Source: Auanema rhodensis | Taxonomy: Eukaryota > Animalia > Nematoda | Assembly: GCA_964057225.1 (NCBI GenBank) | Contig: OZ059894.1 | Span: 3,720,001-3,784,000, forward strand | Length of the DNA: 64,000 bases | Direction: 5' to 3' | Shown: one piece after another, positions 27,958 through 41,900 of the stretch | Numbering within the stretch: position 1 is the stretch's first letter | How the letters are laid out: each line of letters opens with the position of its first letter | Translations under genes and position numbers: made by a program | Notes under the pieces: model-generated | The model's input: only the letters and a program-made list of their open reading frames with translations | Told to the model about the DNA's origin: nothing | Database searches by the model: none

Positions 27958-30900
27958 GATGCGGATTTTTAAGCTGCGTCGATCTGTGTTATCAGATTTG
28001 CGCTAGCTTAAAAATGCACCGAGATATCAACTGATATAAGTTCACACTTATATCCTCGATTTTCACCCTGAAGAATTAATTTTTTCGTTGAATAACATTG
28101 TCCATCGTCTTTGCCTTGAAAAAAAAAATCTGAAAACATCTACTTTTTGCTAAATTATTTTGAAATTTTTCGAAAAAATTTTTGTCAAAATGTTTTTGGA
28201 AGCAATGTTGAGTGTACATGGAAACTCAACATACACTAATGCATCATTTTTCAAACGATCATAACTAATTTTTGTATTAAGCGTTTCTCAATGTAGTATA
28301 GTGCATTCGATGCGGATTTTTAAGCTGCGTCGATCTGTGTTATCAGATTTGCGCTAGCTTAAAAATGCACCGAGATATCAACTGATATAAGTTCACACTT
28401 ATATCCTCGATTTTCACCCTGAAGAATTAATTTTTTCGTTGAATAACATTGTCCATCGTCTTTGCCTTGAAAAAAGGAATCTAAAAACATCTACTTTTTG
28501 CTAAATTATTTTGAAATTTTTCGAAAAAATTTTTGTCAAAATGTTTTTGGAAGCAATGTTGAGTGTACATGGAAACTCAACATACACTAATGCATCATTT
28601 TTCAAACGATCATAACTAATTTTTGTATTAAGCGTTTCTCAATGTAGTATAGTGCATTCGATGCGGATTTTCAAGCTGCGTCGATCTGTGTTATCAGATT
28701 TGCGCTAGCTTAAAAATGCACCGAGATATCAACTGATATAAGTTCACACTTATATCCTCGATTTTGACCCTGAAGAATTAATTTTTTCGTTGAATAACAT
28801 CGTCCATCGTCTTTGCCTTGAAAAAAGGAATCTAAAAACATCTACTTTTTGCTAAATTATTTTGAAATTTTTCGAAAAAATTTTTGTCAAAATGTTTTTG
28901 GAAGCAATGTTGATTGTACATGGAAACTCAACATACACTAATGCATCATTTTTCAAACGATCATAACTAATTTTTGTATTAAGCGTTTCTCAATGTAGTA
29001 TAGTGCATTCGATGCGGATTTTTAAGCTGCGTCGGTCTGTGTTATCAGATTTGCGCTAGCTTAAAAATGCACCTAGATATCAACTGATATAAGTTCACAC
29101 CTATATCCTCGATTTTCACCCTGAAGAATTAATTTTTTCGTTGAATAACATTGTCCATCGTTTTTGCCTTGAAAAAAGTAATCTAAAAACATCTACTTTT
29201 TGCTAAATTATTTTGAAATTTTTCGAAAAAATTTTTGTCAAAATGTTTTTGGAAGCAATTTTGAGTGTACATGGAAACTCAACATACACTAATGCATCAT
29301 TTTTCAAACGATCATAACTAATTTTTGTATTAAGCTTTTCTTAATGTAGTATAGTGCATTCGATGCGGATTTTTAAGCTGCGTCGATCTGTGTTATCAGA
29401 TTTCCGCTAGCTTAAAAATGCACCGAGATATCAACTGATATAAGTTCACACTTATATCCTCGATTTTCACCCTGAAGAATTAATTTTTTCGTTGAATAAC
29501 ATTGTCCATCGTTTTTGCCTCGAAAAAAGGAATCTAAAAACATCTACTTTTCGCTAAATTATTTTGAAATTTTTCGAAAAAATTTTTGTCAAAATGTTTT
29601 TGGAAGCAATGTTGAGTGTACATGGAAACTCAACATACACTAATTCATCATTTTTCAAACGATCATAACTAATTTTTGTATTAAGCGTTTCTCAATGTAG
29701 TATAGTGCATTCGATGCGGATTTTCAAGCTGCGTCGATCTGTGTTATCAGATTTGCGCTAGCTTAAAAATGCACCGAGATATCAACTGATATAAGTTCAC
29801 ACTTATATCCTCGATTTTCACCCTGAAGAATTAATTTTTTCGTTGAATAACAATGTCCATCGTCTTCGCCTTGAAAAAAGGAATCTAAAAACATCTACTT
29901 TTTGCTAAATTATTTTGAAATTTTTCGAAAAAATTTTTGTCAAAATGTTTTTGGAAGCAATGTTGAGTGTACATGGAAACTCAACATACACTAATTCATC
30001 ATTTTTCAAACGATCATAACTAATTTTTGTATTGAGCGTTTCTCAATGTAGTATAGTGCATTTGATGCGGATTTTTAAGCTGCGTCGATCTGTGTTATCA
30101 GATTTGCGCTAGCTTAAAAATGCACCGAGATATCAACTGATATAAGTTCACACTTATATCCTCGATTTTCACCCTGAAGAATTAATTTTTTCGTTGAATA
30201 ACATTGTCCATCGTCTTTGCCTTGAAAAAAAAAATCTGAAAACATCTACTTTTTGCTAAATTATTTTGAAATTTTTCGAAAAAATTTTTGTCAAAATGTT
30301 TTTGGAAGCAATGTTGAGTGTACATGGAAACTCAACATACACTAATGCATCATTTTTCAAACGATCATAACTAATTTTTGTATTAAGCGTTTCTCAATGT
30401 AGTATAGTGCATTCGATGCGGATTTTTAAGCTGCGTCGATCTGTGTTATCAGATTTGCGCTAGCTTAAAAATGCACCGAGATATCAACTGATATAAGTTC
30501 ACACTTATATCCTCGATTTTCACCCTGAAGAATTAATTTTTTCGTTGAATAACATTGTCCATCGTCTTTGCCTTGAAAAAAGGAATCTAAAAACATCTAC
30601 TTTTTGCTAAATTATTTTGAAATTTTTCGAAAAAATTTTTGTCAAAATGTTTTTGGAAGCAATGTTGAGTGTACATGGAAACTCAACATACACTAATGCA
30701 TCATTTTTCAAACGATCATAACTAATTTTTGTATTAAGCGTTTCTCAATGTAGTATAGTGCATTCGATGCGGATTTTCAAGCTGCGTCGATCTGTGTTAT
30801 CAGATTTGCGCTAGCTTAAAAATGCACCGAGATATCAACTGATATAAGTTCACACTTATATCCTCGATTTTGACCCTGAAGAATTAATTTTTTCGTTGAA

Positions 30901-32336
30901 TAACATCGTCCATCGTCTTTGCCTTGAAAAAAGGAATCTAAAAACATCTACTTTTTGCTAAATTATTTTGAAATTTTTCGAAAAAATTTTTGTCAAAATG
31001 TTTTTGGAAGCAATGTTGATTGTACATGGAAACTCAACATACACTAATGCATCATTTTTCAAACGATCATAACTAATTTTTGTATTAAGCGTTTCTCAAT
31101 GTAGTATAGTGCATTCGATGCGGATTTTTAAGCTGCGTCGGTCTGTGTTATCAGATTTGCGCTAGCTTAAAAATGCACCTAGATATCAACTGATATAAGT
31201 TCACACCTATATCCTCGATTTTCACCCTGAAGAATTAATTTTTTCGTTGAATAACATTGTCCATCGTTTTTGCCTTGAAAAAAGTAATCTAAAAACATCT
31301 ACTTTTTGCTAAATTATTTTGAAATTTTTCGAAAAAATTTTTGTCAAAATGTTTTTGGAAGCAATTTTGAGTGTACATGGAAACTCAACATACACTAATG
31401 CATCATTTTTCAAACGATCATAACTAATTTTTGTATTAAGCTTTTCTTAATGTAGTATAGTGCATTCGATGCGGATTTTTAAGCTGCGTCGATCTGTGTT
31501 ATCAGATTTCCGCTAGCTTAAAAATGCACCGAGATATCAACTGATATAAGTTCACACTTATATCCTCGATTTTCACCCTGAAGAATTAATTTTTTCGTTG
31601 AATAACATTGTCCATCGTTTTTGCCTCGAAAAAAGGAATCTAAAAACATCTACTTTTCGCTAAATTATTTTGAAATTTTTCGAAAAAATTTTTGTCAAAA
31701 TGTTTTTGGAAGCAATGTTGAGTGTACATGGAAACTCAACATACACTAATTCATCATTTTTCAAACGATCATAACTAATTTTTGTATTAAGCGTTTCTCA
31801 ATGTAGTATAGTGCATTCGATGCGGATTTTCAAGCTGCGTCGATCTGTGTTATCAGATTTGCGCTAGCTTAAAAATGCACCGAGATATCAACTGATATAA
31901 GTTCACACTTATATCCTCGATTTTCACCCTGAAGAATTAATTTTTTCGTTGAATAACAATGTCCATCGTCTTCGCCTTGAAAAAAGGAATCTAAAAACAT
32001 CTACTTTTTGCTAAATTATTTTGAAATTTTTCGAAAAAATTTTTGTCAAAATGTTTTTGGAAGCAATGTTGAGTGTACATGGAAACTCAACATACACTAA
32101 TTCATCATTTTTCAAACGATCATAACTAATTTTTGTATTGAGCGTTTCTCAATGTAGTATAGTGCATTTGATGCGGATTTTTAAGCTGCGTCGATCTGTG
32201 TTATCAGATTTGCGCTAGCTTAAAAATGCACCGAGATATCAACTGATATAAGTTCACACTTATATCCTCGATTTTCACCCTGAAGAATTAATTTTTTCGT
32301 TGAATAACATTGTCCATCGTCTTTGCCTTGAAAAAA
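27958..32336. repeat. 6-monomer tandem duplication (2106-bp period)
   Basis: Markers 28132/30238, 29074/31180, 29179/31285. Confidence 0.9.
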
Positions 32337-35300
32337 AGAATCTAAAAACATCTACTTTTTGCTAAATTATTTTGAAATTTTTCGAAAAAATTTTTGTCAA
32401 AATGTTTTTGGAAGCAATGTTGAGTGTACATGGAAACTCAACATACACTAATGCATCATTTTTCAAACGATCATAACTAATTTTTGTATTAAGCGTTTCT
32501 GAATGTAGTATAGTGCATTCGATGCGGATTTTTAAGCTGCGTCGATCTGTGTTATCAGATTTGCGCTAGCTTAAAAATGCACCGAGATATCAACTGATAT
32601 AAGTTCACACTTATATCCTCGATTTTCACCCTGAAGAATTAATTTTTTCGTTGAATAACATTGTCCATCGTCTTTGCCTTGAAAAAAGGAATCTAAAAAC
32701 ATCTACTTTTTGCTAAATTATTTTGAAATTTTTCGAAAAAATTTTTGTCAAAATGTTTTTGGAAGCAATGTTGAGTGTACATGGAAACTCAACATACACT
32801 AATGCATCATTTTTCAAACGATCATAACTAATTTTTGTATTAAGCGTTTCTCAATGTAGTATAGTGCATTCGATGCGGATTTTTAAGCTGCGTCGATCTG
32901 TGTTATCAGATTTGCGCTAGCTTAAAAATGCACCGAGATATCAACTGATATAAGTTCACACTTATATCCTCGATTTTCACCCTGAAGAATTAATTTTTTC
33001 GTTGAATAACATTGTCCATCGTCTTTGCCATGAAAAAAAGAATCTAAAAACATCTACTTTTTGCTAAATTATTTTGAAATTTTTCGAAAAAATTTTTGTC
33101 AAAATGTTTTTGGAAGCAATGTTGAGTGTACATGGAAACTCAACATACACTAATGCATCATTTTTCAAACGATCATAACTAATTTTTGTATTAAGCGTTT
33201 CTGAATGTAGTATAGTGCATTCGATGCGGATTTTTAAGCTGCGTCGATCTGTGTTATCAGATTTGCGCTAGCTTAAAAATGCACCGAGATATCAACTGAT
33301 ATAAGTTCACACTTATATCCTCGATTTTCACCCTGAAGAATTAATTTTTTCGTTGAATAACATTGTCCATCGTCTTTGCCTTGAAAAAAGGAATCTAAAA
33401 ACATCTACTTTTTGCTAAATTATTTTGAAATTTTTCGAAAAAATTTTTGTCAAAATGTTTTTGGAAGCAATGTTGAGTGTACATGGAAACTCAACATACA
33501 CTAATGCATCATTTTTCAAACGATCATAACTAATTTTTGTATTAAGCGTTTCTCAATGTAGTATAGTGCATTCGATGCGGATTTTTAAGCTGCGTCGATC
33601 TGTGTTATCAGATTTGCGCTAGCTTAAAAATGCACCGAGATATCAACTGATATAAGTTCACACTTATATCCTCGATTTTCACCCTGAAGAATTAATTTTT
33701 TCGTTGAATAACAATGTCCATCGTCTTCGCCTTGAAAAAAGGAATCTAAAAACATCTACTTTTTGCTAAATTATTTCGAAATTTTTCGAAAAAATTTTTG
33801 TCAAAATGTTTTTGGAAGCAATGTTGAGTGTACATGGAAACTCAACATACACTAATTCATCATTTTTCAAACGATCATAACTAATTTTTGTATTGAGCGT
33901 TTCTCAATGTAGTATAGTGCATTTGATGCGGATTTTTAAGCTGCGTCGATCTGTGTTATCAGATTTGCGCTAGCTTAAAAATGCACCGAGATATCAACTG
34001 ATATAAGTTCACACTTATATCCTCGATTTTCACCCTGAAGAATTAATTTTTTCGTTGAATAACATTGTCCATCGTCTTTGCCTTGAAAAAAAAAATCTGA
34101 AAACATCTACTTTTTGCTAAATTATTTCGAAATTTTTCGAAAAAATTTTTGTCAAAATGTTTTTGGAAGCAATGTTGAGTATACATGGAAACTCAACATA
34201 CACTAATGCATCATTTTTCAAACGATCATAACTAATTTTTGTATTAAGCGTTTCTCAATGTAGTATAGTGCATTCGATGCGGATTTTTAAGCTGCGTCGA
34301 TCTGTGTTATCAGATTTGCGCTAGCTTAAAAATGCACCGAGATATCAACTGATATAAGTTCACACTTATATCCTCGATTTTCACCCTGAAGAATTAATTT
34401 TTTCGTTGAATAACATTGTCCATCGTCTTTGCCTTGAAAAAAGGAATCTAAAAACATCTACTTTTTGCTAAATTATTTTGAAATTTTTCGAAAAAATTTT
34501 TGTCAAAATGTTTTTGGAAGCAATGTTGAGTGTACATGGAAACTCAACATACACTAATGCATCATTTTTCAAACGATCATAACTAATTTTTGTATTAAGC
34601 GTTTCTCAATGTAGTATAGTGCATTCGATGCGGATTTTCAAGCTGCGTCGATCTGTGTTATCAGATTTGCGCTAGCTTAAAAATGCACCGAGATATCAAC
34701 TGATATAAGTTCACACTTATATCCTCGATTTTCACCCTGAAGAATTAATTTTTTCGTTGAATAACAATGTCCATCGTCTTCGCCTTGAAAAAAGGAATCT
34801 AAAAACATCTACTTTTTGCTAAATTATTTTGAAATTTTTCGAAAAAATTTTTGTCAAAATGTTTTTGGAAGCAATGTTGAGTGTACATGGAAACTCAACA
34901 TACACTAATTCATCATTTTTCAAACGATCATAACTAATTTTTGTATTAAGCGTTTCTCAATGTAGTATAGTGCATTCGATGCGGATTTTTAAGCTGCGTC
35001 GATCTGTGTTATCAGATTTGCGCTAGCTTAAAAATGCACCGAGATATCAACTGATATAAGTTCACACTTATATCCTCGATTTTCACCCTGAAGAATTAAT
35101 TTTTTCGTTGAATAACATTGTCCATCGTCTTTGCCTTGAAAAAAGGAATCTAAAAACATCTACTTTTTGCTAAATTATTTTGAAATTTTTCGAAAAAATT
35201 TTTGTCAAAATGTTTTTGGAAGCAATGTTGAGTGTACATGGAAACTCAACATACACTAATGCATCATTTTTCAAACGATCATAACTAATTTTTGTATTAA

Positions 35301-38300
35301 GCGTTTCTCAATGTAGTATAGTGCATTCGATGCGGATTTTCAAGCTGCGTCGATCTGTTTTATCAGATTTGCGCTAGCTTAAAAATGCACCGAGATATCA
35401 ACTGATATAAGTTCACACTTATATCCTCGATTTTCACCCTGAAGAATTAATTTTTTCGTTGAATAACATTGTCCATCGTCTTTGCCTTGAAAAAAGGAAT
35501 CTAAAAACATCTACTTTTTGCTAAATTATTTTGAAATTTTTCGAAAAAATTTTTGTCAAAATGTTTTTGGAAGCAATGTTGAGTGTACATGGAAACTCAA
35601 CATACACTAATGCATCATTTTTCAAACGATCATAACTAATTTTTGTATTAAGCTTTTCTCAATGTAGTATAGTGCATTCGATGCGGATTTTCAAGCTGCG
35701 TCGATCTGTGTTATCAGATTTGCGCTAGCTTAAAAATGCACCGAGATATCAACTGATATAAGTTCACACTTATATCCTCGATTTTCACCCTGAAGAATTA
35801 ATTTTTTCGTTGAATAACAATGTCCATCGTCTTCGCCTTGAAAAAAGGAATCTAAAAACATCTACTTTTTGCTAAATTATTTTGAAATTTTTCGAAAAAA
35901 TTTTTGTCAAAATGTTTTTGGAAGCAATGTTGAGTGTACATGGAAACTCAACATACACTAATTCATCATTTTTCAAACGATCATAACTAATTTTTGTATT
36001 AAGCGTTTCTCAATGTAGTATAGTGCATTCGATGCGGATTTTCAAGCTGCGTCGATCTGTGTTATCAGATTTGCGCTAGCTTAAAAATGCACCGAGATAT
36101 CAACTGATATAAGTTCACACTTATATCCTCGATTTTCACCCTGAAGAATTAATTTTTTCGTTGAATAACAATGTCCATCGTCTTCGCCTTGAAAAAAGGA
36201 ATCTAAAAACATCTACTTTTTGCTAAATTATTTTGAAATTTTTCGAAAAAATTTTTGTCAAAATGTTTTTGGAAGCAATGTTGAGTGTACATGGAAACTC
36301 AACATACACTAATTCATCATTTTTCAAACGATCATAACTAATTTTTGTATTGAGCGTTTCTCAATGTAGTATAGTGCATTTGATGCGGATTTTTAAGCTG
36401 CGTCGATCTGTGTTATCAGATTTGCGCTAGCTTAAAAATGCACCGAGATATCAACTGATATAAGTTCACACCTATATCCTCGATTTTCACCCTGAAGAAT
36501 TAATTTTTTCGTTGAATAACATTGTCCATCGTCTTTGCCTTGAAAAAAAGAATCTAAAAACATCTACTTTTTGCTAAATTATTTTGAAATTTTTCGAAAA
36601 AATTTTTGTCAAAATGTTTTTGGAAGCAATGTTGAGTGTACATGGAAACTCAACATACACTAATGCATCATTTTTCAAACGATCATAACTAATTTTTGTA
36701 TTAAGCGTTTCTGAATGTAGTATAGTGCATTCGATGCGGATTTTTAAGCTGCGTCGATCTGTGTTATCAGATTTGCGCTAGCTTAAAAATGCACCGAGAT
36801 ATCAACTGATATAAGTTCACACTTATATCCTCGATTTTCACCCTGAAGAATTAATTTTTTCGTTGAATAACATTGTCCATCGTCTTTGCCTTGAAAAAAG
36901 GAATCTAAAAACATCTACTTTTTGCTAAATTATTTTGAAATTTTTCGAAAAAATTTTTGTCAAAATGTTTTTGGAAGCAATGTTGAGTGTACATGGAAAC
37001 TCAACATACACTAATGCATCATTTTTCAAACGATCATAACTAATTTTTGTATTAAGCGTTTCTCAATGTAGTATAGTGCATTCGATGCGGATTTTTAAGC
37101 TGCGTCGATCTGTGTTATCAGATTTGCGCTAGCTTAAAAATGCACCGAGATATCAACTGATATAAGTTCACACTTATATCCTCGATTTTCACCCTGAAGA
37201 ATTAATTTTTTCGTTGAATAACAATGTCCATCGTCTTCGCCTTGAAAAAAGGAATCTAAAAACATCTACTTTTTGCTAAATTATTTCGAAATTTTTCGAA
37301 AAAATTTTTGTCAAAATGTTTTTGGAAGCAATGTTGAGTGTACATGAAAACTCAACATACACTAATTCATCATTTTTCAAACGATCATAACTAATTTTTG
37401 TATTGAGCGTTTCTCAATGTAGTATAGTGCATTTGATGCGAATTTTTAAGCTGCGTCGATCTGTGTTATCAGATTTGCGCTAGCTTAAAAATGCACCGAG
37501 ATATCAACTGATATAAGTTCACACTTATATCCTCGATTTTCACCCTGAAGAATTAATTTTTTCGTTGAATAACATCGTCCATCGTCTTTGCCTTGAAAAA
37601 AGGAATCTAAAAACATCTACTTTTTGCTAAATTATTTTGAAATTTTTCGAAAAAATTTTTGTCAAAATGTTTTTGGAAGCAATGTTGATTGTACATGGAA
37701 ACTCAACATACACTAATGCATCATTTTTCAAACGATCATAACTAATTTTTGTATTGAGCGTTTCTCAATGTAGTATAGTGCATTCGATGCGGATTTTTAA
37801 GCTGCGTCGATCTGTGTTATCAGATTTGCGCTAGCTTAAAAATGCACCGAGATATCAACTGATATAAGTTCACACTTATATCCTCGATTTTCACCCTGAA
37901 GAATTAATTTTTTCGTTGAATAACAATTTCCATCGTCTTCGCCTTGAAAAAAGGAATCTAAAAACATCTACTTTTTGCTAAATTATTTCGAAATTTTTCG
38001 AAAAAATTTTTGTCAAAATGTTTTTGGAAGCAATGTTGAGTGTACATGGAAACTCAACATACACTAATTCATCATTTTTCAAACGATCATAACTAATTTT
38101 TGTATTGAGCGTTTCTCAATGTAGTATAGTGCATTTGATGCGGATTTTTAAGCTGCGTCGATCTGTGTTATCAGATTTGCGCTAGCTTAAAAATGCACCG
38201 AGATATCAACTGATATAAGTTCACACTTATATCCTCGATTTTCACCCTGAAGAATTAATTTTTTCGTTGAATAACATCGTCCATCGTCTTTGCCTTGAAA

Positions 38301-38900
38301 AAAGGAATCTAAAAACATCTACTTTTTGCTAAATTATTTTGAAATTTTTCGAAAAAATTTTTGTCAAAATGTTTTTGGAAGCAATGTTGATTGTACATGG
38401 AAACTCAACATACACTAATGCATCATTTTTCAAACGATCATAACTAATTTTTGTATTGAGCGTTTCTCAATGTAGTATAGTGCATTCGATGCGGATTTTT
38501 AAGCTGCGTCGATCTGTGTTATCAGATTTGCGCTAGCTTAAAAATGCACCGAGATATCAACTGATATAAGTTCACACTTATATCCTCGATTTTGACCCTG
38601 AAGAATTAATTTTTTCGTTGAATAACATCGTCCATCGTCTTTGCCTTGAAAAAAGGAATCTAAAAACATCTACTTTTTGCTAAATTATTCTGAAATTTTT
38701 CGAAAAAATTTTTGTCAAAATGTTTTTGGAAGCAATGTTGAGTGTACATGGAAACTCAACATACACTAATGCATCATTTTTCAAACGATCATAACTAATT
38801 TTTGTATTAAGCGTTTCTCAATGTAGTATAGTGCATTCGATGCGGATTTTTAAGCTGCATCGATCTGTGTTATCAGATTTGCGCTAGCTTAAAAATGCAC

Positions 38901-41900
38901 CGAGATATCAACTGATATAAGTTCACACTTATATCCTCGATTTTCACCCTGAAAAATTAATTTTTTTGTTGAATAACATCGTCCATCGTCTTTGCCTTGA
39001 AAAAAGGAATCTAAAAACATCTACTTTTTGCTAAATTATTTTGAAATTTTTCGAAAAAATTTTTGTCAAAATGTTTTTGGAAGCAATGTTGATTGTACAT
39101 GGAAACTCAACATACACTAATGCATCATTTTTCAAACGATCATAACTAATTTTTGTATTGAGCGTTTCTCAATGTAGTATAGTGCATTCGATGCGGATTT
39201 TTAAGCTGCGTCGATCTGTGTTATCAGATTTGCGCTAGCTTAAAAATGCACCGAGATATCAACTGATATAAGTTCACACTTATATCCTCGATTTTCACCC
39301 TGAAGAATTAATTTTTTCGTTGAATAACAATGTCCATCGTCTTCGCCTTGAAAAAAGGAATCTAAAAACATCTACTTTTTGCTAAATTATTTCGAAATTT
39401 TTCGAAAAAATTTTTGTCAAAATGTTTTTGGAAGCAATGTTGAGTGTACATGGAAACTCAACATACACTAATTCATCATTTTTCAAACGATCATAACTAA
39501 TTTTTGTATTGAGCGTTTCTCAATGTAGTATAGTGCATTTGATGCGGATTTTTAAGCTGCGTCGATCTGTGTTATCAGATTTGCGCTAGCTTAAAAATGC
39601 ACCGAGATATCAACTGATATAAGTTCACACTTATATCCTCGATTTTCACCCTGAAGAATTAATTTTTTCGTTGAATAACATCGTCCATCGTCTTTGCCTT
39701 GAAAAAAGGAATCTAAAAACATCTACTTTTTGCTAAATTATTTTGAAATTTTTCGAAAAAATTTTTGTCAAAATGTTTTTGGAAGCAATGTTGATTGTAC
39801 ATGGAAACTCAACATACACTAATGCATCATTTTTCAAACGATCATAACTAATTTTTGTATTGAGCGTTTCTCAATGTAGTATAGTGCATTCGATGCGGAT
39901 TTTTAAGCTGCGTCGATCTGTGTTATCAGATTTGCGCTAGCTTAAAAATGCACCGAGATATCAACTGATATAAGTTCACACTTATATCCTCGATTTTGAC
40001 CCTGAAGAATTAATTTTTTCGTTGAATAACATCGTCCATCGTCTTTGCCTTGAAAAAAGGAATCTAAAAACATCTACTTTTTGCTAAATTATTCTGAAAT
40101 TTTTCGAAAAAATTTTTGTCAAAATGTTTTTGGAAGCAATGTTGAGTGTACATGGAAACTCAACATACACTAATGCATCATTTTTCAAACGATCATAACT
40201 AATTTTTGTATTAAGCGTTTCTCAATGTAGTATAGTGCATTCGATGCGGATTTTTAAGCTGCATCGATCTGTGTTATCAGATTTGCGCTAGCTTAAAAAT
40301 GCACCGAGATATCAACTGATATAAGTTCACACTTATATCCTCGATTTTCACCCTGAAAAATTAATTTTTTTGTTGAATAACATCGTCCATCGTCTTTGCC
40401 TTGAAAAAAGGAATCTAAAAACATCTACTTTTTGCTAAATTATTTTGAAATTTTTCGAAAAAATTTTTGTCAAAATGTTTTTGGAAGCAATGTTGATTGT
40501 ACATGGAAACTCAACATACACTAATGCATCATTTTTCAAACGATCATAACTAATTTTTGTATTGAGCGTTTCTCAATGTAGTATAGTGCATTCGATGCGG
40601 ATTTTTAAGCTGCGTCGATCTGTGTTATCAGATTTGCGCTAGCTTAAAAATGCACCGAGATATCAACTGATATAAGTTCACACTTATATCCTCGATTTTG
40701 ACCCTGAAGAATTAATTTTTTCGTTGAATAACATCGTCCATCGTCTTTGCCTTGAAAAAAGGAATCTAAAAACATCTACTTTTTGCTAAATTATTCTGAA
40801 ATTTTTCGAAAAAATTTTTGTCAAAATGTTTTTGGAAGCAATGTTGAGTGTACATGGAAACTCAACATACACTAATGCATCATTTTTCAAACGATCATAA
40901 CTAATTTTTGTATTAAGCGTTTCTCAATGTAGTATAGTGCATTCGATGCGGATTTTTAAGCTGCATCGATCTGTGTTATCAGATTTGCGCTAGCTTAAAA
41001 ATGCACCGAGATATCAACTGATATAAGTTCACACTTATATCCTCGATTTTCACCCTGAAAAATTAATTTTTTTGTTGAATAACATCGTCCATCGTCTTTG
41101 CCTTGAAAAAAGGAATCTAAAAACATCTACTTTTTGCTAAATTATTTTGAAATTTTTCGAAAAAATTTTTGTCAAAATGTTTTTGGAAGCAATGTTGAGT
41201 GTACATGGAAACTCAACATACACTAATGCATCATTTTTCAAACGATCATAACTAATTTTTGTATTGAGCGTTTCTCAATGTAGTATAGTGCATTCGATGC
41301 GGATTTTTAAGCTGCGTCGATCTGTGTTATCAGATTTGCGCTAGCTTAAAAATGCACCGAGATATCAACTGATATAAGTTCACACTTATATCCTCGATTT
41401 TGACCCTGAAGAATTAATTTTTTCGTTGAATAACATCGTCCATCGTCTTTGCCTTGAAAAAAAAAATCTAAAAACATCTACTTTTTGCTAAATTATTTTG
41501 AAATTTTTCGAAAAAATTTTTGTCAAAATGTTTTTGGAAGCAATGTTGAGTGTACATGGAAACTCAACATACACTAATGCATCATTTTTCAAACGATCAT
41601 AACTAATTTTTGTATTAAGCTTTTCTCAATGTAGTATAGTGCATTCGATGCGGATTTTTAAGCTGCATCGATCTGTGTTATCAGATTTGCGCTAGCTTAA
41701 AAATGCACCGAGATATCAACTGATATAAGTTCACACTTATATCCTCGATTTTCACCCTGAAAAATTAATTTTTTTGTTGAATAACATCGTCCATCGTCTT
41801 TGCCTTGAAAAAAGGAATCTAAAAACATCTACTTTTTGCTAAATTATTTTGAAATTTTTCGAAAAAATTTTTGTCAAAATGTTTTTGGAAGCAATGTTGA

